From: an uncultured Spirochaetota bacterium
GTDB lineage: Bacteria; Spirochaetota; Spirochaetia; SZUA-6; Fen-1364
Direction: 5' to 3'
DNA: 64,000 nucleotides
Assembly: GCA_963845535.1 (NCBI GenBank)
Contig: CAWJSK010000001.1
Coordinates: 160,001 to 224,000 of the forward strand
The notes under the pieces are model-generated. The model searched no databases. It saw only the letters and a list, made by a program, of their open reading frames with translations, and was not told the origin of the DNA. Shown piece by piece: positions 29,057-39,193 of the stretch. The translations under genes and the position numbers were made by a program. The first letter of the stretch is position 1, and each line of letters begins with the position of its first letter.

Positions 29057-31500
29057 TCAGTACGTCTGGCGCAGATGCATGACGGAAAGAGCGCGCGTGA
29101 AGTCTGGGAGCGCTGAGGGCTCACGCGGCTGGAACGAAATGGTCCGAGGGGAATCCGGCAGCAGCGTGAAGCAGTTGTCGGAGAACTCTCCGCGAATCCC
29201 GGCGGCGAAAAAAGACACGAAGAAGGCCGGTTTGTCGGCGCTCACCGTGATCGAGTAGCCGTTGTCCGCCGGCCGGCAATCGAGCGTCACCTTTGCGTCG
29301 GCAAGATCGCATCTCTTCGGCTCTGTCAGGAACACTTCGCTGCAGACCTCTTCGGAGGCGTCTGCGAATCGCAGGGAGACGAACGCCTTCTCCGGAGAGT
29401 CCACCAGCTCGGAGAGGCGCCAGCTTTTCACCATCTGCGAGCTTCCAGCCGCGGCCCGGACATCGGCGTCCTCCTCCCGGATCTTCCTCCCCGCGAAGTC
29501 GAACACGCTCATTGCCGCGTTCCTGCGGACTTCCGTGGTCAGGTCATTGGTGATCCACACCTCCAGCCGACCGTCTTTCAGCGTTCCCGAAAGGAGGACG
29601 GGGGCGTAGAACCTCTTTGCCGCGTAATGGAGGAGCTTCCATGTTCCCGAGTAGTCGATGGATGACCAGGAGCAGACCGGCCAATTGTCGTCAAGCTGCC
29701 AGTACAACGTCCCCATGCACGTGGGCCGCAGTCGTCTCCAGTGCTCCACCGCGGTGCGGATTGCGAGTGCTTGCTGGACCTGGCTGAGGTACACGAAGTT
29801 CTCGAATCCCTGGGGCATGCGGAAATAGCGCGTGAACATCTCCGTGATGATGGAGTTGCCGCGCGGGTGGCGCTGGTGGTGCTCCATCACCGGGGAGGTT
29901 GCGTTGAAGTCCTTCGGAGCAGCGTACATGCGGACGGCCTCCAGTGACGGAAAAGACTGAAAGCCGAACTCCGAGCAGAAGCGCGGGGTCACGTCGAGAA
30001 ACGCGCTGAACGGTTTCCCTTCGTGCCAAACGCTCCAGTAGTGCATGTCGCCGCGCCTGTCGTCGTGCCAGTTGTCCGAGTAGTCCCCACGACCCGCGGA
30101 GGGTGAGCTCGGCCAGAAAGTCCTCGTGGGGTCGCATTCGTCAACGATCCTTCCGACGGTCCCCTCGTTCAGCCTGTCGTAGTCCACGATGTAACGATCC
30201 CGGTTCTGCCGCGATTCGGGAAACCACCTCAGTGCGCCAACATCCTCGTTGTTCCCGCACCATAAGGCAATGGAGGGATGGTCGCGAAGCCGTTTCACCT
30301 GGTGGCGTATCTCTTCCCCGACGCTGGAGAGGAAATCCCGGGTAGCCGGGTACAACGCGCAGGAGAACATCATGTCATGCCAGAGGAGAATCCCTTTCTC
30401 GTCGCAGAGGGAGTAGAAGTCATCGCTTTCGTATTTCCCTCCGCCCCAGACCCGGATCATGTTCATGTGAGCGCGCGCGGCGCTCGAAAGGAGGTGTTCC
30501 AGGCGCGGGCGGCTTTCCCGTTGGGGGAGAGCATCATGGGGGATCCAGTTCGCCCCTTTGCAGAAGATGTCCTGGCCGTTGACCCGGAAAACCATGGAAA
30601 GCCCATGGGCGTCCTCACGGCTGACGAGCTCGAGGCCGCGAAGCCCGATGCGCTTGGAGACCGCGTCACCGCCCAGACGCACGGTGAGGTCGTACAGCGG
30701 TTGAGGCCCGTAGCCATTGGGCCACCACAGCTTCGGGTCCTCGATCGTCACCTCGACCTCCGGCCTGTTGAAGCCCTTCTTCAGGGGGACTGTCCGAGAA
30801 GCGCGCCGCCCGCCGATGGTCGCCTCCAGCTCCAAGCTGCCTTCACGCGCGGCCAGGCACTCCACGAAGACCGTGACGGTGCACGCATCCTTTTCGTGCT
30901 TCTGCTCGGTCATCACGTAATCAATGCGCACGTCGGAAAATGCCTGGAGCGAGATGTCTCCATAAATGCCGGCCACCATGAGGCAGGGTCCCCAGTCCCA
31001 TCCCGCGTGGCACTGGACCTTGCGGACGAGGTTGCGGTGCTGCGACTGCACCGGGCTTTGCGTGTGCGGCACGGGATAGGGAAGCGTCTTTGCCCTCTCC
31101 CGGGCCACGGTCTCAGCGGAAGTGAAGCGCACCTGAATTTCGTTCTTCCCCGCCCGGAGGAAAGGCTTTGCATCGAAGCGTCGGCGGGAGAACATGTTGT
31201 CGGAGCTGCCGACTTTCTGTCCGTTCAGAGAGACGTCTGCAATCGTGTCCAGCGAGTCGCAGGAAAGATAAATCTGTTCCTCAGCCAGGAATTCCTTCCC
31301 GGTGTCGAACGTACGCTGGAAAATCCAGTCTTCCCGGCCCACCCACTGCACATCCAGCTCGTTCATCCCATTGTACGGGTCGGGATCTTTCCCGCGGCCA
31401 GCAAGGCGGAGTGCGTGTCACCGGGAACGCGCGCGGGCACTGCCTCACGCGTGGCGGCGCGCACGAGCTGCCACTCACCGGCAAGGTCGATTCTCTGCAT
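29057..31500 (-). CDS. Glycoside hydrolase family 2 beta-mannosidase (apparent -1 frameshift at ~31383)
   Basis: MQRIDLAGEW...VPGDTHSALLAAGKIP joins DPYNGMNE; GWDWGP, KGANWIP, RVWGGG.YE, WCGNNE, RFCSEFGFQS, YWQLDD.WP. Confidence 0.92.
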
Positions 31501-31610
31501 CAGCCTGCCGCCGACAGTATTCCCGCCCAGTCGATGGTGTATGCTCTTTTCTCCATGGCATGCGTTTTCTCATACCAGGGGAAATGTTTCAATCGAGGGC
31601 TCTGCCGACG

Positions 31611-32462
31611 TTACACTGCCCGCAGTTCGCTGACCCCCGCGGCGGCTGGAGCGTTTTCGCTGATCGCATCCACATACCGTCGGACGGATGCCTCCAACGC
31701 TTTCTTGGCCCCGCTTGAAACGACAGCGTCCCACCAGGCGCCGTAGATCCGATCGAAGCGGAAGGGGGCAACGGCGTTCGCGATCCGACGGACTGCCGAA
31801 GCGGGCAGCGGGATGAGGTTGGGATAGCTGTACATGAAGCTCACGTAACGCTTGTCCGCGGCAACGTAGATCGAGTCTCCGGTGTGCAAGGACCCCCGGC
31901 CGCCGACGCCGGGCTGCCAATGGAGCACCGAAGACCCGGGGAAATGCCCTCCCACGCGGATGAGTGTGGCCCCCGGGGATATCTCCAACTGCCCGCCCTC
32001 CCAATGGAGGATGCATGGGTCGGGCCGCATGACCCACGGCGCGTCGTCTGCGTGAAGATAGACCGGCACGCCGCCGAATCTACGGCTCCATTCCACGACG
32101 GAAGAGTAGTAGTGGGGGTGCGAGACGGCAATGGCCGAAAGCCCGCCGCGGGAGCGCACCCACTGCACCGTCTCCTCATCAACGTAGGAGATGCAGTCCC
32201 ACAGGATGTTGCCTGCAGGGCTTTCAAGGAGCATGGCACGCTGGCCTATCGCGAAAGTCGGCTCCGTGGAAATACCCGACATGCCGGGCTCGATGGGGCG
32301 AACCACGTTGCGGCTCGTGGAGGCCAGCGCGGCCAGGCTGGTCCATTCCTGGCCGTTGGGTCCGACATACTGCCGAGGGTCCTGGCAGATCGGGCACCCG
32401 TCCGGCGGCGCCGCGCTTTCAGCGAACTGCACTCCGCAGCGCACGCAGATGAAGTTCGTCAT
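31611..32462 (-). CDS. Metallo-beta-lactamase fold protein with N-terminal CxxC..CxxC
   Basis: ICVRCG...CPICQDPRQY, FAIGQRA, ISHPHYY-like VSHPHYY, GGHFPG, SFMYSYPNLIPL. Confidence 0.85.
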   Translation of the reverse strand: MTNFICVRCGVQFAESAAPPDGCPICQDPRQYVGPNGQEWTSLAALASTSRNVVRPIEPGMSGISTEPTFAIGQRAMLLESPAGNILWDCISYVDEETVQWVRSRGGLSAIAVSHPHYYSSVVEWSRRFGGVPVYLHADDAPWVMRPDPCILHWEGGQLEISPGATLIRVGGHFPGSSVLHWQPGVGGRGSLHTGDSIYVAADKRYVSFMYSYPNLIPLPASAVRRIANAVAPFRFDRIYGAWWDAVVSSGAKKALEASVRRYVDAISENAPAAAGVSELRAV

Positions 32463-32560
32463 GAAAGGAAGCTACTCCTGCCGGCGGGCGGCGGCAACTG
32501 CAAGGGCGAACCCCTGCTGTCGCCTTCCCTAAGGCGCGTATTTTGGCTACACCAGAAGCG

Positions 32561-32953
32561 ATGAGCCAGCAGATCGCTCAAGCAGCTCTCGTGGTCCGCG
32601 ACTACGACGAAGCAATTGACTTCTACACGCGCTGCGTGGGCTTCGAGCTCATCGAGGATGCGCAGTTGGAGGGGGGAAAGCGCTGGGTCGTGGTGGCCCC
32701 GCGCGGGTCCACGGCCCGGCTCCTCCTGGCGAAGGCGTCTTCGGCGTCCCAGGTGGGCAGGATAGGGGACCAGGCAGGCGGCCGGGTGATTCTGTTCCTG
32801 GAGACCGACGACTTTTGGAGGGACTACAGAGACATGAAGTCCCGCGGGGTGGAGTTCCTGGAAGAGCCGCGGGAAGAGCCTTACGGCGTGGTTGCCGTGT
32901 TCAAGGACCTTTACGGGAACAGGTGGGACCTGCTGGAGCCGCGCAGGGCGTGA
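32561..32953 (+). CDS. VOC/glyoxalase family protein
   Basis: LVVRDYDEAIDFY, KRWVVVAP, PREEPYGVVAVFKDLYGNRWDL. Confidence 0.9.
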   Translation: MSQQIAQAALVVRDYDEAIDFYTRCVGFELIEDAQLEGGKRWVVVAPRGSTARLLLAKASSASQVGRIGDQAGGRVILFLETDDFWRDYRDMKSRGVEFLEEPREEPYGVVAVFKDLYGNRWDLLEPRRA

Positions 32954-33043
32954 GGACGGGTCCAACCGAGATTCCTGGGGGAAGCCGAGGTTGCCGCGGG
33001 CAACCGGTTTCGCTGCGGCTGAATCCGTTGTATCCTGACAGCC

Positions 33044-34547
33044 ATGAAAGTGAGGTCGATTGCCCGGCTTTCGAGCCCGCGGTCCGTTCCTGAGAAGATC
33101 ATCGAAGCAGCCGACAAGCCGCTCCTGGCGCTTGCCGTGGTGGCCGTGGGGCTGTACCTGCTGGAGCTGCGTGGGCTCCTTGCCCAGAGCGGGCCGGCCA
33201 GGGTTGTCTCTTTATCTCTCGACGCCCTTTTCATTGTTGATTTTCTGCTGAAGCTCATCTTCTTGCGCGGGAGGTACCTGCGCTCGGCGTGGGTCGCAAC
33301 GGACTTCCTGAGCTGCCTGCCGGGGCTCGTGCTCTTCATGAACATGCCGTGGCTCCAGGCAGTGCAGCTTGCGCGGATGTTCCGGGTCCTGCGGGTGCTT
33401 CGGAGCATTCGGTTGCTTCGGTCTTTGCAGTTCCTGCCGGCTCTGGCCCAGGCGGCGGCGGAGCAGGACGAGGAAGGCCGGCGCTTCCGGATCGAAATGA
33501 ACGCGGGGGTCGCTCTCTATGCCTGCGCGTTCCTAGGGGTGCTGGCCTGGATGCACGCGAGCTTTGCAGCGCAGACTGTGGCGCTCCGGGAAGCGGAGTT
33601 CTTCCTGGTGCTGGGAGCGCTGCTGGCAACGGCGCTGTTCCTGTTCCTCATTCACAGCGAGGTCCGTGAATCATCGTGGAAGCAGTTGAAGACGCTCCTC
33701 AACATCGCCTTGCCGCGGCAGGTGGCTGAGCACTTCCTCCATCATCCGGGGGCCTACCACGAGCGGCAGAGGGCTTCCGTCAACCACGATTTTCATAGAC
33801 TTTGTCGGGTTCTCCCAGACCGCGGAGAAGCTCCGGTCCGACGTGCAGGCCCTTGCGCGTCACCTGGAAAGGGCCATGGACGTGGTGGTCGAACGCCTTC
33901 TTGCCCATGACCTCATCATCGACAAGTTCATCGGAGACGCGGTCATGGCTTTCCGCGGTGGACCGCTCGTGTCGGGGGATGCCTCGGACCATGCGCGCGC
34001 AGTGGTGCGCGGTGCGCTGGAAGCCGCCAAGGCTTTGGTCGAAATGGCTGATCCGTATTTCGCGAAGGTGAAGATCGGCGCCGCCTCGGACGAATGCCTC
34101 ATCGGGGTGTTCGGCACGAGCAAGCGCCTCACCTATACGGCGCTCGGAGATGGAGTCAACCTCGCCGCGCGCCTGGAGCCCGCGAGCGCCCAGTGCGGCA
34201 CCCAGGCGCTTTTCTGCGACGAGACCCACCGGCTCTGCGGTGAGATGCCCGGGATAGCATGGCGGCGCTGGGGGACCGTCCGGGTCAAGGGGAAAGCCGA
34301 GCCGCAGGTGGTCTGGGAAGCGATGGACCTTTCCCGTACGCCCGACCTGTCGTTCCTCGAGGCATACCAGAGAGCCCGCGCCGTATTCGAAACCGAAGGG
34401 CCCGCGGCGGCGCGGCCGCTTTTTGCCCGTGCCAACGAGGCCCGGCCCGGCGGAGACCTGCCCAGCCAGGTCCACATGAAGTGGTGCGAGGAGCTTGCCC
34501 GTAACTGCGAGGAAGCCCCGGACACGGCCCTGTCGGTGACGAAATGA
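33044..34547 (+). CDS. Voltage-sensor-like (S1-S4) membrane domain fused to class III adenylate cyclase (one gene with apparent +1 frameshift at ~33782)
   Basis: S2 DALFIVDFLLK, S3 WVATDFLSCLP, S4 RMFRVLRVLRSIRLLR, then LLNIALPRQVA. Removing one A gives VTTIFIDFVGFS, DKFIGDAVMA and YTALGDGVNLAARLE. Confidence 0.85.
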
Positions 34548-36712
34548 ACGCGGCGGCGACCCTGGATGACCGCCTCGAACGCCTGGCGCACGTGGCGGGG
34601 ACGGATGAGGGCTTCTATGTCCTGGCGCTGCATTCTTTCATCGAAGCCTATATCTGCGACGAAGTGCCGTCGATCAGGGGAATCGAGCGCTTCGCGGACC
34701 GGCTGCGGGCGTTCGCAGAGCACCATGCGGCTCGTGGCGCGCCTCCGGAAAGTCTTGCCGCCATCTCCCGCATCATCCAGGAGCACGCCATCACCAACCG
34801 GGTGCGCCACTCGTTCACGCGGCTGGACAGGGAAGAAGCGCTTGCCGCCACGCACAATTTCCTGCAGTTCTGCGCCTTGTGCGGAATCACCTCGAAAGCG
34901 CTCGGGAAACTTTCCAAGCTGCTCTCCCTCTGGGCGGAGAAACGCCCGCCGCTTACCGAGGGGGAGGAGCTGCGGCGGATCCAGGCGGACCTTCGCGCCG
35001 CGCGCCTGGATTCCGCAAAGCTGCTTGCCCAGACCGAAGCGTGGACCAATGACAAGCTTCGGCTCGCTGAGCTGGAGGGTGAGACGCTCCGCCTCTCCGC
35101 CGAGCTTTCCCGTGAACGCTCGCGCACGGATTCCCACGCGGAGAGGCTGGATCAGCTTCACAAGGACCTGGAGCACCTTGCGGATCAAAAGCGGCAGCTC
35201 GGCGAGCAGCTCGGCGCCTACCGTGACCTCGACCTGTACGTCGACCTCGTGAGCCGCTTCTCCCTGTACACGCGCACGCGCATGGACTACGAACGGAGCG
35301 TGATGAAGCTCACCCCCGAGCAGTCAGAGGCCGTGGAAGGCCTCAGGCCGGGGTTCGATTTCCTTGTTCGGGGCGGCGCGGGGACGGGGAAAACGATCGT
35401 CCTTCTCCACGCGCTGGAAAAAGTCAGGCGGGCCAGGGAGGCGGAGCTGGACCTCAAGCCGGGGATGCGCATCCTCTTCCTCACGTACACCAACACACTC
35501 GTGAAGTATGACCGCTACGTGGCGGAGATCCTCAAGGAAAAGGATGCGGATGACCTCATCATCACGGCGGACAGCTTCTTTCTCGGGCGGCTTCGCCTTC
35601 TCGGTCAGAGGCAGCGGGTGGACTACTCCATCCATCTCAAGCTCGCGGAGAAGCTCAACTCCACGGGCTTCTTCTCCGCTTCGGAGCTGGCCCTTGAGCT
35701 GGAAGAGCTCATCTTCGGCAACGTCGTGACGCGGCGCGAGTATGTGGAGGAGATGCTCCCCCGCAAGGGCATGCGCCAGCCGCTCACCGCCGGACAGCGC
35801 GAAGCGGTCTGGCGGATCCGGGACGCAATGGCGCAGGCAATGGATCATGACGGCGTGCTCAGCAAGAACTACTCTCGCATCAAGCTCATCGAGTTCCTGG
35901 AAAGCCATCCGGATGACACGCGCTTGAAGGACCTGGACTTCGCGTTCGTCGACGAATCCCAGGACCTGAGCGCGGCGGACCTCAAGGCATTGAAGCTCAT
36001 GACCCGGCGCGGCCTGGTGATGGCAGGGGACACGGGTCAGAGCATTTACGGGATCAGCTCCCCGTACAAGCGGGCGGGCGTGGACATCACCGGCAGGTCC
36101 CGGGTCCTCCACACGAGCTTCCGCAATACGGTCCCGATTCATGAGATCACGGAAGCCTACCGGAAGCTCTCCGGTCTGGATGACGACGAGGCGGGAAGCA
36201 CGGTCGCCTTCCGCGAAGGACCTCCCCCGGAGCTCTACACGGCGCCCGACCGGCAGGACCTCATGCGGCTGCTGCTTCGCAAGGCTTCGCTTTTCATCGA
36301 AAGGCTCGGGTATGACCCGGAAAATGTCGCGGTGCTTGCGCCGACAAAGACCGATCTGGCCGCCATTGGCGACATGCTCGGACACGCTGGTTACCAGCAC
36401 GCCAATATCCGCGACGAGGATTTCTCCTTCAAGCGTGAAAAAATCATCAGGCTCACCAGCCTGCACTCGAGCAAGGGTCTGGATTTCCCGGTGGTCCTGC
36501 TTTTCCTTCCCGCGTTGCCGCCGCGCACCGACTACGAGGGCAAGGAGGGGGAGCGGCTCGTTCGAAACCTCATCTACGTCGCCATGAGCCGCGCCATGGA
36601 CAACCTGAACGTGTTCACGCTGGAAGGGGCTCATGACGGCCAGGGGGAGGAGCCGCTTCAGGACCTCGTGACCGTCTTCAGGCAGTACCAGCGAGAGATC
36701 GCGCCCACCTGA
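34544..36712 (+). CDS. SF1 (UvrD/Rep-like) helicase with N-terminal HEPN-like domain and coiled coil
   Basis: GGAGTGKT, FLTYTNTL, VDESQD, GDTGQSIY, SFRN, HSSKGLDF, YVAMSRA; ATGA overlap with the cyclase stop. Confidence 0.85.
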   Translation: MNAAATLDDRLERLAHVAGTDEGFYVLALHSFIEAYICDEVPSIRGIERFADRLRAFAEHHAARGAPPESLAAISRIIQEHAITNRVRHSFTRLDREEALAATHNFLQFCALCGITSKALGKLSKLLSLWAEKRPPLTEGEELRRIQADLRAARLDSAKLLAQTEAWTNDKLRLAELEGETLRLSAELSRERSRTDSHAERLDQLHKDLEHLADQKRQLGEQLGAYRDLDLYVDLVSRFSLYTRTRMDYERSVMKLTPEQSEAVEGLRPGFDFLVRGGAGTGKTIVLLHALEKVRRAREAELDLKPGMRILFLTYTNTLVKYDRYVAEILKEKDADDLIITADSFFLGRLRLLGQRQRVDYSIHLKLAEKLNSTGFFSASELALELEELIFGNVVTRREYVEEMLPRKGMRQPLTAGQREAVWRIRDAMAQAMDHDGVLSKNYSRIKLIEFLESHPDDTRLKDLDFAFVDESQDLSAADLKALKLMTRRGLVMAGDTGQSIYGISSPYKRAGVDITGRSRVLHTSFRNTVPIHEITEAYRKLSGLDDDEAGSTVAFREGPPPELYTAPDRQDLMRLLLRKASLFIERLGYDPENVAVLAPTKTDLAAIGDMLGHAGYQHANIRDEDFSFKREKIIRLTSLHSSKGLDFPVVLLFLPALPPRTDYEGKEGERLVRNLIYVAMSRAMDNLNVFTLEGAHDGQGEEPLQDLVTVFRQYQREIAPT

Positions 36713-38174
36713 GGACCCCCGCCATCGCCTCAAGGTCTTCCTCGTTGTACTTCAAAATCTCCGCCATGATTCCTGACCTCTCAGCCGCGTCGGCGCTCTC
36801 AGAGGCGCGGAGGTAGCGCGCAATGGACCAGTCCCCGCCGTATTCTTCCATGGTTCTTTTGTAGCCGCTCAGCCGCTCCAGTACTTTCAGCCCGTAACTC
36901 GGGACGGGAAGGGCAAGAGCATCCCGCACGGCCTTGAGCAGGTCGAAGCAGCTCTCGATCACCTGTCCTGCAACCCCCGCAGGATCACCAAACCGTTCGA
37001 TATAGGACTTGATCTTCACCTTCTCATAGTCCGCCCAGTGGACGAAAGGGATGCGGCCGTGCTCCTGAAAGACACGCGCGGCATGGTCGAGGAATTGTCT
37101 CCACGCCTCCTGGTCCCCACCCTGGTCAAAGCCCGCAACCGCCGCGTGGTACGGACCCCGCGGCCCTTCTTCTCCATACACTCGCATGCCCCAGAGGTAC
37201 ACAGCGTCCAGCTCGTCGTTCTGCGGCGGCATACCCTCCAGGTCGAGCATGACGGCCGGCCCGGACGGCAGCTCGAGCCTGCCGAGTCGGATGACGCTGT
37301 TTGTAGCAAGCGCACGGGCCTGGGCGATGATCCGGGGGGCAGCCGCGCCCACCCTGGCCCTTCCCTTGGCGCGCGTCAGTCGCGCAAGCTTCTCTGCGTC
37401 CAACTTTTCCAGAAGCGCGTCGTAGGTGCTTATCCCCCTGTCTCGAAGGGCCCGCGCGGTTGCCTGGTCGACGCCATACACCACGGAAACGTCATGGTCA
37501 TCCGCTGCCCGTGACCAGCACCTGTCCTGGAAAGGACACCCCCCGCATTTGGACCATCCCACGGGCTCCCAGGGTTCATCGGGGAGGAGCAACAGGTCCC
37601 GGAGCCTGCCTAACTCCTCTTCCGCTCGGGCTGAGCCGGCATACGGGATGGTTTCCACGGTGTGGTTGCCCAGGTATGCCTCAAGGGCGGAGGGAAGCAG
37701 ATTGAAGGTTTTCTCGAAGAGCCAGCCGTAGGTCTGGAGCTGACGGACGATTTCGGGGTGCCTGTCCCCGCGCATGCTGCGGGAGAGCTTGCAGTCCCGT
37801 ATCCGATAAGAGTCTTCATTTCGGATCATGAAATCGGGAATCCCGGTAACGACGTCCCGCGAGCCGGCGAGCGCGGCGCGAAGCACTCCCTGGTAGATGA
37901 CGGGCGCGCCGCTCCGCACGGCTTCCCGTGTGCGCTCCGCGCGGTCGGTGAGGCTGCCCTCAGCCAGGTTCCGCGCCACGGCAAATGTGGCGAGATGCTC
38001 CTTTTCGTGGCGCTCCCCCAGCTCGCGCAAGATGAGCTCGATGACGGAAGGCTCCCCCGTGGGCTCTCCATGCGCCAGCAGATACACCCGGCGCGTGCAC
38101 GTGCTCGGGCGGTAGAGTGCGGAGAAGCCGGATGCAGCCAGGGAGAGGCCTCGCGCGGCGTTCCTGTCGCTCAT
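36678..38174 (-). CDS. TM0106-family RecB-like nuclease with C-terminal RNase H-like domain
   Basis: G..HE, IYQGVL, GIPDFM...DCKLS, QLQTYG, CGGCPFQDRC, LDLEG, SYGLKVLE, YNEEDL. Confidence 0.85.
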   Translation of the reverse strand: MSDRNAARGLSLAASGFSALYRPSTCTRRVYLLAHGEPTGEPSVIELILRELGERHEKEHLATFAVARNLAEGSLTDRAERTREAVRSGAPVIYQGVLRAALAGSRDVVTGIPDFMIRNEDSYRIRDCKLSRSMRGDRHPEIVRQLQTYGWLFEKTFNLLPSALEAYLGNHTVETIPYAGSARAEEELGRLRDLLLLPDEPWEPVGWSKCGGCPFQDRCWSRAADDHDVSVVYGVDQATARALRDRGISTYDALLEKLDAEKLARLTRAKGRARVGAAAPRIIAQARALATNSVIRLGRLELPSGPAVMLDLEGMPPQNDELDAVYLWGMRVYGEEGPRGPYHAAVAGFDQGGDQEAWRQFLDHAARVFQEHGRIPFVHWADYEKVKIKSYIERFGDPAGVAGQVIESCFDLLKAVRDALALPVPSYGLKVLERLSGYKRTMEEYGGDWSIARYLRASESADAAERSGIMAEILKYNEEDLEAMAGVLRWARSLAGTA

Positions 38175-38198
38175 CGGCTACACAATATCACGGAGCGG

Positions 38199-38229
38199 GA
38201 AGGCAGTCTTGACAGAAGGCAGTCTTGAC
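38199..38229. repeat. 15-bp direct repeat GAAGGCAGTCTTGAC x2 in a divergent promoter region
   Basis: Exact copies at 38199..38213 and 38215..38229. Confidence 0.85.
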
Positions 38230-38317
38230 TCTCGACTCAACGCTTGAAAGGATGCCCCTGGAGACATCGGGCGATGACACGCCTGATCCGGGAGTTTCGA
38301 TGGTGGTGGAGTGACGC

Positions 38318-39193
38318 GTGACTGCGCTCATTGAACGGCTGTGCGGGATTTCGGACAGTGACGGTTGCTGGAACATTTCCGCTGAGGACGTGGCGGGGCT
38401 TCTTTCCGTTGAGCCCGTTTCCTTCTGGAGGGCCGTCCACGAAGTTCGGGACAGGATCAGCTTCTCCGAGGCCATCGACGGCTGGACGCAGGACACTGTG
38501 GGAGATCTCGTCACGGTATTGGAAAAGCTCAAGGGGAACACGGCCGAAGAGGTGATGACGCGCGCCGGCCTCTTCCTGCCGTACGCGCTGGGAATCGAGC
38601 TGATCGAGGAAGTGACGTTTCGAGCCCGCAGGACGGCGGCGGCTCACGAGGTCCAGTCCGAAGAGCTCGCCGCAATGCTGCGATACACCGGCAACGTCCG
38701 CTCGGCAATCGGAATCTATCTGGATGAGCACGTCGACATCGACGAGCTCCTCCAGCGCAGCGCGGAAGCGTTCCAGGTGCTTCATGGCCTGCCCCTCCGG
38801 GGGAAGGCAACGGCGCGGCGCTATGTGCTGGGAATGGTCGAGCGCCACGTGCTGGATCGCGCGAACCTGGTGGTGGGGCTGGTGGAAAGGCTGCGGCTCG
38901 CGGCCGCGCAACTGGGATACGTTGACCCGGAGGATCAGCCGCGCCCCGGGAAACGCGGCGCGAGGTCTGCGGGCACTGCGGGTCGGACCGCGCGCGCGCC
39001 GGACAAGCGCACATGGGCGCGCCAGGTGATGGGAGTAGACGGCAGGGATTACTCAGCCGAGGACTTGCGGCTTCTCTACAGGAAGCTCATGATGCGCCAC
39101 CACCCCGATGTCGATCCGAGGGGCCTTGAGAAATGCAAAGATGTGAACGCGGCGTATGCTTTTCTCATTTCAGATGTTACGGAGCAGGGCTGA
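38318..39193 (+). CDS. C-terminal J-domain (DnaJ-like) protein
   Basis: LYRKLMMRHHPDVD...KDVNAAYAFL contains the HPD motif; the N-terminal ~200 aa are unrecognised. Confidence 0.75.
   Translation: MTALIERLCGISDSDGCWNISAEDVAGLLSVEPVSFWRAVHEVRDRISFSEAIDGWTQDTVGDLVTVLEKLKGNTAEEVMTRAGLFLPYALGIELIEEVTFRARRTAAAHEVQSEELAAMLRYTGNVRSAIGIYLDEHVDIDELLQRSAEAFQVLHGLPLRGKATARRYVLGMVERHVLDRANLVVGLVERLRLAAAQLGYVDPEDQPRPGKRGARSAGTAGRTARAPDKRTWARQVMGVDGRDYSAEDLRLLYRKLMMRHHPDVDPRGLEKCKDVNAAYAFLISDVTEQG

Noticed and set aside
33044..33910. Stand-alone voltage-gated potassium channel
   Set aside because: There is no pore helix or GYG filter, and the sequence continues into a cyclase after a 1-nt correction.
33780..34547. 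Pycsar or CBASS cyclase
   Set aside because: The specificity residues are the canonical adenylate type, no cNMP-binding TM/TIR effector is adjacent, and there are no CD-NTase motifs.
32543..39193. Prophage or genomic island around the cyclase-helicase-nuclease block
   Set aside because: There is no integrase, tRNA, flanking att repeat or visible compositional shift.
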